From Oligoflexales bacterium (GTDB taxonomy: Bacteria > Bdellovibrionota_B > Oligoflexia > Oligoflexales > JAPPIL01): a stretch of DNA of 64,000 nucleotides. Under the pieces are notes generated by a model. The model did not search any database. It saw nothing but the letters and a program-made list of their open reading frames with translations, and was not told the DNA's origin. This document shows positions 30,200-39,301 of the stretch, one piece after another. The position numbers were made by a program, and so were the translations under genes. The stretch lies in contig OZ244057.1 in assembly GCA_965215515.1 (NCBI GenBank), positions 1 through 64,000 on the forward strand, given 5' to 3'. Position 1 is the first letter of the stretch, and each line of letters starts with the position of its first letter.

Positions 30200-31547
30200 G
30201 ATGATTTAGAGGGCGGTGCAGTGTATCTTTGTTATGCGGCTTTAAGCACTTGTTGTTAGTGTGTTTCATCCTCACATCCCAATTGATGTCACGAGCCGTT
30301 TTTGTTTTAGCAAACTTCTCGACGCGATCTATGGCATTGCAACAATCTTTTTTGTTAGACCATAGGTCTTGATCTTTCCAAAAATGACTTTCACCATTGC
30401 CGATGTAACAGGTAGTAAACTGAATACCTCTCTGCACACACTTGGCATGGATACGCTCATAGTAGGCTCTGATCTCTGCATCACTGTAGTGAAAATCACG
30501 TGATTTCTTCTCGGTAAAGATGGCAGTCTTTTTCGTGTCGTCACGGTAAAATTCCCGCAAATTGCGTCCGCTGGCTTTCTCTATTTGATTGAGGGAAAAG
30601 CTCGAAAGTCTAACGATACCCGCTAAAATCGCTGGAACGCCGTGTTCAGCAACAGCATCAACTATCTCAAAACTGGAATAGTGAAAGGGCTTAGGCATGT
30701 TGTTACGATTGAAATTAGGGTCAGTGAAGTAACCATCAGGATAAATGGGGAAGAAGGGATTAAGCCTTGCTGTCGTCCAAAATCCATTACGCACAAGTTT
30801 TTGTAAAGCCAGCAGTCGCCGCTTGGCACTCGGCGCGCCTGGCTCAATCAAGCGGTTCATGGTATCGTCAATGGAAGCTATACTCATCTGCACCGAACAA
30901 AGATCAGGCCGCAGCAGTTGCAGATACTCGTCTTGAGCAATCAACTCTGAACGCGTGAAGATGATATAAGGGTAATCGTAGTAGCTGAGCATTTTCAGCA
31001 GCTCTTGCGTAACTTTATATTTTTTGTCTATCACCATGAAAGAATCAGACATAGAGCCGATCCGTAGCGGAACACGCATTTTTATCATCTCTCGCCATCT
31101 GGACTTTTTGTCAGTTTCAAGGGCATAGTAAAAGGTCTTCCAGATTTCGGTAATATCGACAGGCATAGGGAAAGGGCGATTCCAGTAGGCATGCACCGTT
31201 AGCTCAGCTTTGGCATAGCAATAGACACAGTTGTGAATACAGCCTCGCCCGTACGTATCTACTTCAAAAGCATAGAGGCATTGCTGGCAGGTGTTGAGGC
31301 TGTTAACCAGCTTAAAGGGGCTTTGGAACACCACCCCACCCCGTGGCTGGTTAGCACCAAACCTAGTTTCTAGCCGCTTATAGATCTCAAAATCGAATTC
31401 ACACGGATAGTTAGACAGCTTGGTGAGCTTCACCGCCCGCTCAGCAATCCTATCAAACTTGGGGGTCGAAGGGACAGGCTGTGGTGGCCTATCCACATGA
31501 GGGAAGGGGATAATATTACTGACACTGCTGGGGGTAAGCGTCTCCAT
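30192..31547 (-). CDS. Radical SAM enzyme, spore-photoproduct-lyase-like family
   Basis: DTYGRGCIHNCVYCYA (CxxxCxxC), LRIGSMSDSF and IEPGAPSAKRRLLALQKL. Confidence 0.85.
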   Translation of the reverse strand: METLTPSSVSNIIPFPHVDRPPQPVPSTPKFDRIAERAVKLTKLSNYPCEFDFEIYKRLETRFGANQPRGGVVFQSPFKLVNSLNTCQQCLYAFEVDTYGRGCIHNCVYCYAKAELTVHAYWNRPFPMPVDITEIWKTFYYALETDKKSRWREMIKMRVPLRIGSMSDSFMVIDKKYKVTQELLKMLSYYDYPYIIFTRSELIAQDEYLQLLRPDLCSVQMSIASIDDTMNRLIEPGAPSAKRRLLALQKLVRNGFWTTARLNPFFPIYPDGYFTDPNFNRNNMPKPFHYSSFEIVDAVAEHGVPAILAGIVRLSSFSLNQIEKASGRNLREFYRDDTKKTAIFTEKKSRDFHYSDAEIRAYYERIHAKCVQRGIQFTTCYIGNGESHFWKDQDLWSNKKDCCNAIDRVEKFAKTKTARDINWDVRMKHTNNKCLKPHNKDTLHRPLNHRD

Positions 31548-31850
31548 AACGATGCCAGCGTATGCCCCACACCTCCTGCTGTCAAGGATGGTAACATAGA
31601 GGGCAGTCATGTAGGAACGTTATCTTTAGCAGTGAGGCTTTGTTGAATAAGTTCCTTTGATTATAACATGCTGTTATCATATCATTTTTTAGGGGGCGAG
31701 TCAGCTCACGCCTCGTCACGCGGTAATGGATAAGCGTTCCTCGGCACGACCGCCTCTTGGCGTTTCTTGACCAACTATGCCCCCTGGTCTATACCCCATG
31801 GTGAGGGCTTGAACTTGTTTGTGTTTCTACTTACACAACGGAGACGACTT

Positions 31851-32264
31851 ATGCGCACTTACCACATTTTTATTAGCCATTCATGGTCGTACAATGACCA
31901 GTATGAAGGGCTTATTAGATTGCTGGAGCAAGTACCTTACTTTGCCTTCAAAGATTATTCCGTTCCCAAGGATGATCAAATTCACGAGTCTTCCAACGAC
32001 TATGTCCTCAGAGAGGCTATAAAAAGACAGATGTCATCAGCTAGTGTCGTAGTGATACTAGCTGGCATCTATGCTAAATACAGTAAATGGATCATGAAGG
32101 AGATAGACTTGGCAAAGAACTCGTTCCCTACTCCGAAGAAAATTGTGGCTGTCGAGTTGTGGGGAAGTGAAAGAACATCTAAGGATGTTAAAGGTAGTGC
32201 AGATCGTATCGTTGGCTGGAACGGCCAAAGCATTGCAAATGCTATAAAGGAACTAGCTCCCTAA
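31851..32264 (+). CDS. TIR domain protein (MTH538/ThsB-like)
   Basis: HIFISHSW, ASVVVILAG and SKWIMKEI with the catalytic Glu. Confidence 0.88.
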   Translation: MRTYHIFISHSWSYNDQYEGLIRLLEQVPYFAFKDYSVPKDDQIHESSNDYVLREAIKRQMSSASVVVILAGIYAKYSKWIMKEIDLAKNSFPTPKKIVAVELWGSERTSKDVKGSADRIVGWNGQSIANAIKELAP

Positions 32265-32265
32265 T

Positions 32266-32784
32266 ATGAGTGAGCCTGACAAAACTGGCAGACACATGCT
32301 ACTTAAGCAGTATGAAATCTGCATAGAGATGGCAGACAGAATCAGCCAGAGGAGACAATCTGCCAACAACTACTTTATTAGTATTAACACTGCCCTTATA
32401 TCGTTGCTAGCCGCATTCTTTGCTTACTCAAGATACATGGGGACAGCCTCTCCCAAAGATACTGTTGCCATGGTAGCTCTTGTGATTTCAGTTCTTGGGG
32501 TTGCAAACTGCTATATCTGGTGTCGTCTTATCAAATCATACAAAGAAATGAACTACGCAAAATATAAAGTTATCTTGGAGATGGAAAATTATTTTGAATA
32601 CAAGCCTTACTCCAGAGAGTGGGATCTTCTTGGACATGGAGAAGACAAAAATGTTTATCGTAAGTTTACCGAAGTTGAACCCCGCGTTCCCCTGGTGTTC
32701 TCAATTTTTTATGCATTGATCATCGCTCTATGTATAATAACCCTTATTATTACCTACTTTTGTGCAACGAGTCCGGGAGGATAG
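32266..32784 (+). CDS. Membrane effector, RipA/octameric-membrane-protein-like
   Basis: QY...EMADRISQRRQSANNYFISINT, W...IKSYKEMNYAKYKVI.EME; three TM helices; starts 1 bp after the TIR stop. Confidence 0.72.
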   Translation: MSEPDKTGRHMLLKQYEICIEMADRISQRRQSANNYFISINTALISLLAAFFAYSRYMGTASPKDTVAMVALVISVLGVANCYIWCRLIKSYKEMNYAKYKVILEMENYFEYKPYSREWDLLGHGEDKNVYRKFTEVEPRVPLVFSIFYALIIALCIITLIITYFCATSPGG

Positions 32785-32901
32785 GGTGTTTACCTTCTGA
32801 GGAGATACGTTGACCTACCTCTATTTTTGCTGTATCCAGGGACACGACGATTTTCTTGAAGAGCCTCTTCTTCAGGGTTTTGTAACTGACATAAATCTTC
32901 T

Positions 32902-32975
32902 TAACCATAACTGAACTCCTATGCGTGAAATGTTAGGGGCCGATATGGTGTCCGCTTTTACGGGGGCACTTATCA
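32902..32975 (-). mobile_element. Isolated left end of an IS3-family (IS2-group) element
   Basis: The reverse complement ...GTGCCCCCGTAAAAGCGGACACC..ATCGG..CTAACA...AGGAGTTCAGTTATGGTTA matches 34690-34762. Confidence 0.85.
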
Positions 32976-33065
32976 CTCATACGAACACCTCCGCTGCTTA
33001 CATATGGCTGCGTGGGAATTTACACATTCTTAGGACGGATTTTACTAAAGTTTAAGCTGGGATGA

Positions 33066-33929
33066 TCATATCTTTAAGCTAGAATAATAGGAACTTGCCA
33101 GCTTAAAAGCATCTTCAAGACTCAAATTAAGCTTGCATTCGGAGATGAGGATGTCAAATTTCTTGAGCCATTCTTGCGGGGGAAGAGGCAATTTTGGTGG
33201 CAAAGGATGAGTATTGCGCTTATTGAATGTCATGTGTAGTGCCTCAATTACTTTTGTAGTATCCATCCCAACTTGAATAAGAAGCACCATATCGACCAAG
33301 TCCTTAATGCGAGTTCCCATTTGGCCTTTACGCAATGTCGTGTAGGCATGGAGCTTTTCCGCAAACTGTTGCTCTTTGCTAATCACTGGAAACAGAGGAC
33401 AATCGAAGCCTGCGAAGGAGAGCAGGTTTTTGCACTTTAGGCTTTCGGTGGGGAGAAGCTCAACGTCACCAGCTCCAATGTCTATCTGAAATCTGGCAAA
33501 CAATCTTGTTCCCAGTATTGCATCGACAAAGAAGCGCATGCCCTCGTAAGGTGGCCCGAACAACGATGCGGGTTTCTTCCTGATTTCAAATGAAAAGAAG
33601 TCATCAAGATCAATGGAAAGTGCCTTGACAAGGTGATCGCTCACGTTATCCCAAGCATCTTCTCTTTGCATGTTTGCCAAAATTTCTTCTGACATCGCAA
33701 GATCAACATCCTTAGTTGCTCTTGCTCTCTTTAAACGAAGCTCCATTGCATAACCACCCTTTAATATCCAATTTGAATGCGGGTAGCTAAAAATACGGGA
33801 CAACAAACGCTCAAATGCTAAGTGGCGACGAAGGCGCTCAACACCTATCTTTTCTTGCTCAGCAATCTTAGTCAGCCGATCTTCGATTGCATTTTTTAAC
33901 GCAATAGCACTTTTGTATTTTTTAGGCAT
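33066..33929 (-). CDS. abiEii: AbiEii-family nucleotidyltransferase toxin (type IV TA)
   Basis: WILKGGYAM, RATKDVDL, AEKLHAY and RIKDLVDM motifs. Confidence 0.92.
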   Translation of the reverse strand: MPKKYKSAIALKNAIEDRLTKIAEQEKIGVERLRRHLAFERLLSRIFSYPHSNWILKGGYAMELRLKRARATKDVDLAMSEEILANMQREDAWDNVSDHLVKALSIDLDDFFSFEIRKKPASLFGPPYEGMRFFVDAILGTRLFARFQIDIGAGDVELLPTESLKCKNLLSFAGFDCPLFPVISKEQQFAEKLHAYTTLRKGQMGTRIKDLVDMVLLIQVGMDTTKVIEALHMTFNKRNTHPLPPKLPLPPQEWLKKFDILISECKLNLSLEDAFKLASSYYSSLKI

Positions 33930-33933
33930 GGTG

Positions 33934-34524
33934 CTAACTATACTTACTTACCTGTTTTGTTATTCCGTATCTCGCTATCTCATGTTTGGGATACATGCCC
34001 CTAGATAAGCCCTCTCTGACCACTTGATAGATGAATTCTTCTGAAATTGTATCAGAAGAAAGAACGTCGTAGAGAGTTCTTACAGGAGTAGTTACACGGT
34101 AACCTGCTCCTTCCCGCCACTCTTTGGATTTGAGTGTTCTTCTGTGTAGAATAAGAACCTCTGGAATTGCCGCACCTCTCCTAAAACCTTGCGGCACAGT
34201 CATGTGTAACTTAGGTGGGTCAAGATCAGAGAGATCGTAAATGTTTAGTGCTGTCTGGTGCGAGTACACACCTTGAGGCTTTCCCTCTCTGTTACATGAC
34301 CAGAGCGACCACACAGCATACTGCATGGATGGTTCAATAGGGAACTGCACCAGTCGGTAGATGCCTCTGTGCGCTTTTTCCCAATAGCCAGCTTTTACGT
34401 GGTAGGGATGGTTGCGGGCATTAAAACCAGCCTCTACCGCTTGTTTTGCGGTAAAAACCCCGCTCTGCTCGCTGGCGATCTCGTAAAGAGCACTGTGTTG
34501 TTTCCGTCGTGCTGCATAACTCAT
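33934..34524 (-). CDS. abiEi: AbiEi-family antitoxin
   Basis: QSGVFTAKQA, RGIYRL, SHQTAL and VTTPVRTLYD motifs; directly upstream of abiEii. Confidence 0.9.
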   Translation of the reverse strand: MSYAARRKQHSALYEIASEQSGVFTAKQAVEAGFNARNHPYHVKAGYWEKAHRGIYRLVQFPIEPSMQYAVWSLWSCNREGKPQGVYSHQTALNIYDLSDLDPPKLHMTVPQGFRRGAAIPEVLILHRRTLKSKEWREGAGYRVTTPVRTLYDVLSSDTISEEFIYQVVREGLSRGMYPKHEIARYGITKQVSKYS

Positions 34525-34689
34525 ATCTCTATTTTAATCCGGTTAGGATGCTCACTTCAAGCATAAAACTCTTAAAATTTAAGAATTTTATGTCAAATCT
34601 CCTGCAGAGATGGGGCATTAGCCGTGTATCAGCAGCCAAGAATGATTAGCCTGCTATCATGAGCGGTGGGATTGACAATGGTAGCTCAC

Positions 34690-35420
34690 TGTAGATGCCC
34701 CCGTAAAAAGCGGACACCCTATCGGCTTCTAACAATCACGTAGAGGAGTTCAGTTATGGTTAGTGATCGTTTCGTAAGTTCGGAGGCACCCGATAGAGAG
34801 GAAGCGGCTGTTGTTGTGGAGCAACGGCAAGGTGATGTTCCGCTTTCTCTAACCAGGAAAAGGCGGATGTGGGGGCCGGCGGAAAAGCAGGCCATAGTCA
34901 TGGAAACCTATCAACCAGGCATGTCGGTCTCGCTCGTGGCCAGAAAATATGGTATAGCTCCTAGTCGGCTGTATCACTGGCGTAAATGTTCACAGGAGGG
35001 CTCTATCATGGCCGTCAGAGCGGAAGATCAGGTTGTTTCAATTGCAGAGTTCAAAAAGCTTCAGATTGAAGTAAGGCGTTTGCAGCGTATCTTGGGAATG
35101 AAGATCGAAGAAATCGAGATTCTCAAGGAAGTTGTAACCATTGCCAGAAAAGAAAAGTTGATTTCGTACAAACCATTGCAAGGGGTGGAAGGTTTCCAGT
35201 GAAGGCTATTTGTCGTGCTTTAGGGGCATCGAGGTCTAACTACTACAAGCAGATGAGGGGTAACTCGGAGAGGCTCTCGCGGCAGAAAAAGAGCGACAGC
35301 AGCGTTCTGCGGCGTATTTTGGCGATCATCCGCACGAAGGTCACCTATGGGTATCGTCGGGTGACTGCCATGCTGCGACGAGACCTTGCTGTTTCAGCGG
35401 TCAATCATAAACGTGTTTAC
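34690..35420 (+). mobile_element. IS3-family (IS2-group) element, 3'-truncated
   Basis: Left IR TGTAGATGCCCCCGTAAAAAGCGGACACC, intact orfA, and orfB truncated after YGYRRV...VNHKRVYR with no DDE domain. Confidence 0.9.
34756..35202 (+). CDS. IS3-family transposase OrfA (InsC-like)
   Basis: EKQAIVMETYQPGMSVSLVARKYGIAPSRLYHWRK HTH followed by a leucine zipper. Confidence 0.9.
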   Translation: MVSDRFVSSEAPDREEAAVVVEQRQGDVPLSLTRKRRMWGPAEKQAIVMETYQPGMSVSLVARKYGIAPSRLYHWRKCSQEGSIMAVRAEDQVVSIAEFKKLQIEVRRLQRILGMKIEEIEILKEVVTIARKEKLISYKPLQGVEGFQ

Positions 35421-35810
35421 AGGATGATGACTACCTCCTCGGTGATGCTGAAGATGCGAGGTGCAAGGTATAATAGCCCTGGTGCAATTGCCCTCGCCCT
35501 CTCTAATAGAACGGCAACGCTCATGCCGAAGATGTTTAGCAAGAAGCTAGGGAAGTCGATATCATATTCATCAACTGCGGGGTTCTTGCTCTGCATATAC
35601 TCACGAAAATCTATGCGCCCGTTCTGATGCAAGCGTCGCTTGCCCGTGTAGATGATAATCACTCTGACAGGCAGGAGGTACCTTGCCCACAAGATGGCAA
35701 GGTAGGTCAATATCCGCAACAATAAAGGTGTCTTCCTGATCTTGCTCTTGAACTCGAACAGATAGGTGCGTTCGACGATCACCTTGCCGTTGGCATCTAG
35801 CACCTCGGCC
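35417..35810 (-). pseudogene. Rpn-like nuclease fragment
   Basis: YLFEFKS, LLRILTYL and LPVRVIIIYTG; cut by the IS. Confidence 0.6.
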
Positions 35811-35918
35811 TTGTTCCTGCTTGTTCTACAATCTTGGCAATACGACGGCTGCATGTCCACTTATTTTTCTAACGAAGGTCAGTTCATCATTTCACAGGCC
35901 ATCAGCACTGATTACCAA

Positions 35919-36250
35919 CTAGACCGATGCCGCTGATCCATCCCTCTTGCGCCCTACGACGTAAACGCCTTCTCGTTTAAGGAGAGTGGCGACCGTGTTT
36001 TGATGCCAGCCCTTACCCTGCTGCTTAGTGGGTGTCTTCATCGCATCCAAGAATCTGGCGATAGCTCTTGCACTGAATCCTTCGCTATACATCTTCTTGA
36101 TGGCAGTAATGGTTCTCTGCTCGCCCTTGTGGTCTACAGTCTTGCCACTGACCCGACGCTTGCCGTAGGCATACCACCTAGAACCACGATAGCCCGATGT
36201 CTTTCGCAGGGGGATGTTGTATTTCAGTAGCAAGCTTCTTAAATAAGCTC
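35919..36250 (-). pseudogene. Second, 5'-eroded copy of the HTH/recombinase-domain module
   Basis: RSLLLKYNIPLR...YRGSRW.AYGKRRV.G.TVDHK.E.RTI..PTKQQGKGWH..VA.LLKREGVY matches 27186-27490. Confidence 0.85.
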
Positions 36251-36452
36251 CATCCTGGAGTTGGTGGGGACGGCGGCGAGTGGGGACACTCAGCCGCCTA
36301 CCGCTTGAATACGTTCTTGTACGTAGATGCTCCCACAACCTCTGTCAATAGAAAAAGTTAGTCAGGCACTACAAAAAAGTCGGGGCAAATGCGAAACACA
36401 GACTCAAAGGCGAGTCTGGCTGGACGATCTACGACGGCGGTGCGAACATCAA

Positions 36453-36851
36453 CTAGTGCGATCCTGCCAGCAATTCGTCGGCGATCTTTTCAGCCATGCG
36501 GTTCAACACCTGTCCCCTGATTTGAAACTTTTCGCCTTGGAACTCGTAAGCTGTCCAGTCGATCGGAACGAATACGTCTTCGTTTTCGGCAAAAAATTCT
36601 TCCCAGTAACTGTCGATGAAAGCCAGCAGAAAGAATGCCTGTGCCCGCCGTGAGCGCGTCGCACAGGGCGCAATACGTGCTTCCACAGGGTAGTGGAACG
36701 AATCCAACTCGTTGCGTAGCAGCACCTGCACCCAAATGTCCTCTGCGCGCGGCGCCACATCGATGACGAACCAACGCTCGCCCCGCGTGGCGTGAAAACG
36801 AGCATCGTAACGCCGCGCGATGCTACGCAATTCTTGGGCGGTAAAAATCAC
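36453..36851 (-). CDS. Hypothetical protein
   Basis: 132-aa ORF with an AAGGAG RBS; co-oriented with the upstream gene. Confidence 0.7.
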   Translation of the reverse strand: MIFTAQELRSIARRYDARFHATRGERWFVIDVAPRAEDIWVQVLLRNELDSFHYPVEARIAPCATRSRRAQAFFLLAFIDSYWEEFFAENEDVFVPIDWTAYEFQGEKFQIRGQVLNRMAEKIADELLAGSH

Positions 36852-36865
36852 CGTCGCTCCTTACC

Positions 36866-38134
36866 CTAAACCCCCGTTGCGAACAGCCGTGCCTGCTCCC
36901 GTAACATGCGATAATGATGCATGCTGTCGATAGCGATAAAACGCGCCCGCGGCTCGTCACTGAGCACTTGCGGGAAGCGGGCGAAAATACCCTTCAGCAC
37001 TTCCAAGTGCTCGTAACCAAGCGCATCGAGCCAGTGCACATCCATGAAGTCGTGCAGACCCCGCCATTTACGCATCTTGTACAGGCGCACGAACGCCTCC
37101 ACCTGTGGCAATTGGCGGTTGTGTAGGATTGGCAGCAGTTCTTCCTGCACCTGATAGATCAAGGTCATGCCTACCCGAAACAGCACGTGACTGTGCTCGG
37201 CGGCGAGAATTGTCGCGCTGCCTGCCAAGTCTCCCCCCGACAGATAATCGAGCCCCAGACCGATCAGGGCACGCGTCTGCGCCAACATCTGCTTGCTCCC
37301 ACGACGATCGCTGACTTCCGTCAAGGTCGCGGCACATAGGGTGTTGCTGCAAAACAACAGCTTCAGCTGTACCTGTTCTTGTGTGGCTGCGTCATAAAGC
37401 TGGCGGTGGTTGATGTGCACGATTACCCGCGTGAACCAGTCCTCCTCCGTCGCCGTGACCAACACGGCGGTGGCGGCATCGTGCCAGCGTCGGCGACAAC
37501 GACCGAGGTCGAGAGGCACGAAAAGCTTGTGACTCTCGGTGAGGGAGACGTAGCCGTCTTCCTCCAAGCGGGCGGTACGGAACTGCCGCATCAGCATCTC
37601 CTGCTCGTTGGCTAAACAACCCGCGGCATGTGTGAGCAGCGCATAAGTCCACTCCAAATCCTGTGTCAGTAAAGCCTCGATGCAGGCTACCACCATCTCC
37701 CGCACCTCCGTTTGTTCCGACCTGACCGCGTAGTAAAGCTTGGCACAGGGCAGCGGGTTGTACCTATCCTGTTCCTGCGGGCCGAGCTGTTCCAGCTGTT
37801 CGTCGGTCAGCAGGGCGACGAGTGGTGCGATGATGGCCATCTGATACTCCTCGTCAAGACTGCGCAAACGATGCAACAACTCGCGGTTATCGATACGACG
37901 GTAGAGATCAAGCCAGCGCATCGCCGCCTGTGGCAACAGACGATCCTGTTGCCAGACATCGTAGTCGAACAACCTGACAAACTGCTCGGCAGATAACAGT
38001 GGCAGGATTGGGAGACAAGCCTCAGGTGATTTTTCCTGCAAAAAACGATAGATAACGCAGGGATGCACCGCGGCTAGCTCTTGCCTGCCGTGTGAGGAGA
38101 GACTGCCCTCCTGCAATCCAAGGATACCATTCAT
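36866..38134 (-). CDS. Conserved hypothetical protein (DUF6178-like)
   Basis: EQFVRLFDYDVWQQDRL, FRTARLEEDGY and LFRVG pattern; family recalled from memory, not searched. Confidence 0.65.
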   Translation of the reverse strand: MNGILGLQEGSLSSHGRQELAAVHPCVIYRFLQEKSPEACLPILPLLSAEQFVRLFDYDVWQQDRLLPQAAMRWLDLYRRIDNRELLHRLRSLDEEYQMAIIAPLVALLTDEQLEQLGPQEQDRYNPLPCAKLYYAVRSEQTEVREMVVACIEALLTQDLEWTYALLTHAAGCLANEQEMLMRQFRTARLEEDGYVSLTESHKLFVPLDLGRCRRRWHDAATAVLVTATEEDWFTRVIVHINHRQLYDAATQEQVQLKLLFCSNTLCAATLTEVSDRRGSKQMLAQTRALIGLGLDYLSGGDLAGSATILAAEHSHVLFRVGMTLIYQVQEELLPILHNRQLPQVEAFVRLYKMRKWRGLHDFMDVHWLDALGYEHLEVLKGIFARFPQVLSDEPRARFIAIDSMHHYRMLREQARLFATGV

Positions 38135-38236
38135 GCTACCCTGACCCGTGCCTCAGACCCTAATAACGGGGACTGTGGCGAATAAAATTGAAGAGATCAA
38201 CCCGAACGTGGTAGAACTTCCCTCTCGGTATACAGC

Positions 38237-39301
38237 ATGGTGAATTACCGCCCGCTTGTCAAGGAAAGGCACATGCTCTCGGTAACGGAAAATAGGCTGC
38301 GCAACGCCGACATCGTCAGCCTGCTGCCACGCGCTCGCCCCTGTTTTGAGCCTATCAGAGAAGAACTCGCCTCCCTGCAGGATTACCTCCTCGACAACCC
38401 TCTGTCCAGCACCGCTATCCCTACCCCTGTCATCCGCTATGTTTTGCTCAGCGGAGGCAAACGCTTGCGTCCCGCGATTTTCTTTCTGCTCTGCAAACTG
38501 CTCGGCTACCGTGGCAAACACCTGCTCCCCCTCGCCGCGGTCAGCGAATACATACATACCGCCAGTCTGTTGCACGATGATGTCATCGACAACACCACTT
38601 TGCGGCGTGGCAAACCGACGGCGAACAGCCGTTGGGGCGATACGACCGCGGTGCTCGTCGGCGATCTCATCTACGCGCATGCCTGCGCACTGATGACCGC
38701 CACAGGTAACCTGCATATTATCAATAGCTTTACCCAAGCGATCAAGCGCATGAGCGAAGGCGAGCTAATCCAGCTCGATAACCTCTATAACCTCGACATC
38801 AGCGAAGGGACTTGGTTACAGATCGTGCACTACAAGACGGGCGAGCTGCTCGCCGCCACCTGCAAAGTCGCAGGTCTACTCGCCGCCACCGACACCCACA
38901 CCAGTGCTCGTCTGTACAGGTTCGGCCTCAACATCGGTATTGCTTTCCAACTGATCGACGATGCGCTGGATTTCCGTGGCAAAGAACAGGAGCTCGGCAA
39001 GCAAACGATGACCGATCTCGCGAACGGGAGAGTCACCCTGCCTATCATTTTGCTCTACCAGCACGGCGACCGCCGCGTACGGGAGATCTTACGCCACGCA
39101 CTGCGACACCCGCGGGTAGAGGTGGCGGAGTTGCGTCGTATTCATGCCCTGACCAGCCGTTACGCCACCGTCACCCACAGTGCCGAGCGTGCCGCCGAGT
39201 TTACCGCCCGCGCCCAGCAGGAACTGGCCGAGTTTCCTCCCAGCCCTGCGCTCACCAGCCTTCACGAACTGACTGACCTGTTGTTATCACGCCTCAACTG
39301 A
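38237..39301 (+). CDS. ispB: Polyprenyl diphosphate synthase (IspB-like)
   Basis: GGKRLRP, LLHDDVID...RRG, YKTG and FQLIDDALD motifs. Confidence 0.9.
   Translation: MVNYRPLVKERHMLSVTENRLRNADIVSLLPRARPCFEPIREELASLQDYLLDNPLSSTAIPTPVIRYVLLSGGKRLRPAIFFLLCKLLGYRGKHLLPLAAVSEYIHTASLLHDDVIDNTTLRRGKPTANSRWGDTTAVLVGDLIYAHACALMTATGNLHIINSFTQAIKRMSEGELIQLDNLYNLDISEGTWLQIVHYKTGELLAATCKVAGLLAATDTHTSARLYRFGLNIGIAFQLIDDALDFRGKEQELGKQTMTDLANGRVTLPIILLYQHGDRRVREILRHALRHPRVEVAELRRIHALTSRYATVTHSAERAAEFTARAQQELAEFPPSPALTSLHELTDLLLSRLN

Larger units (their letters stand above)
2860..36335. mobile_element. Genomic island at tRNA-Val: tandem array of decayed serine-recombinase ICE-like elements with defence cargo
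   Basis: Begins at the tRNA 3' end with an LSR gene and contains T4SS genes, R-M, TA, TIR and IS remnants. Housekeeping-type genes resume at ~36450. The right boundary is approximate: GATGCTCCCACAA at ~36326-36338 resembles the tRNA end GATGCGCCCACCA. Confidence 0.85.

Noticed and set aside
35421..35627. C-terminal half of IS orfB
   Set aside because: After VNHKRVYR the sequence is the antisense of an Rpn fragment; there is no DDE domain.
2860..36335. Prophage interpretation of the island
   Set aside because: No capsid, terminase, tail or lysis genes; T4SS genes indicate an ICE-like element.
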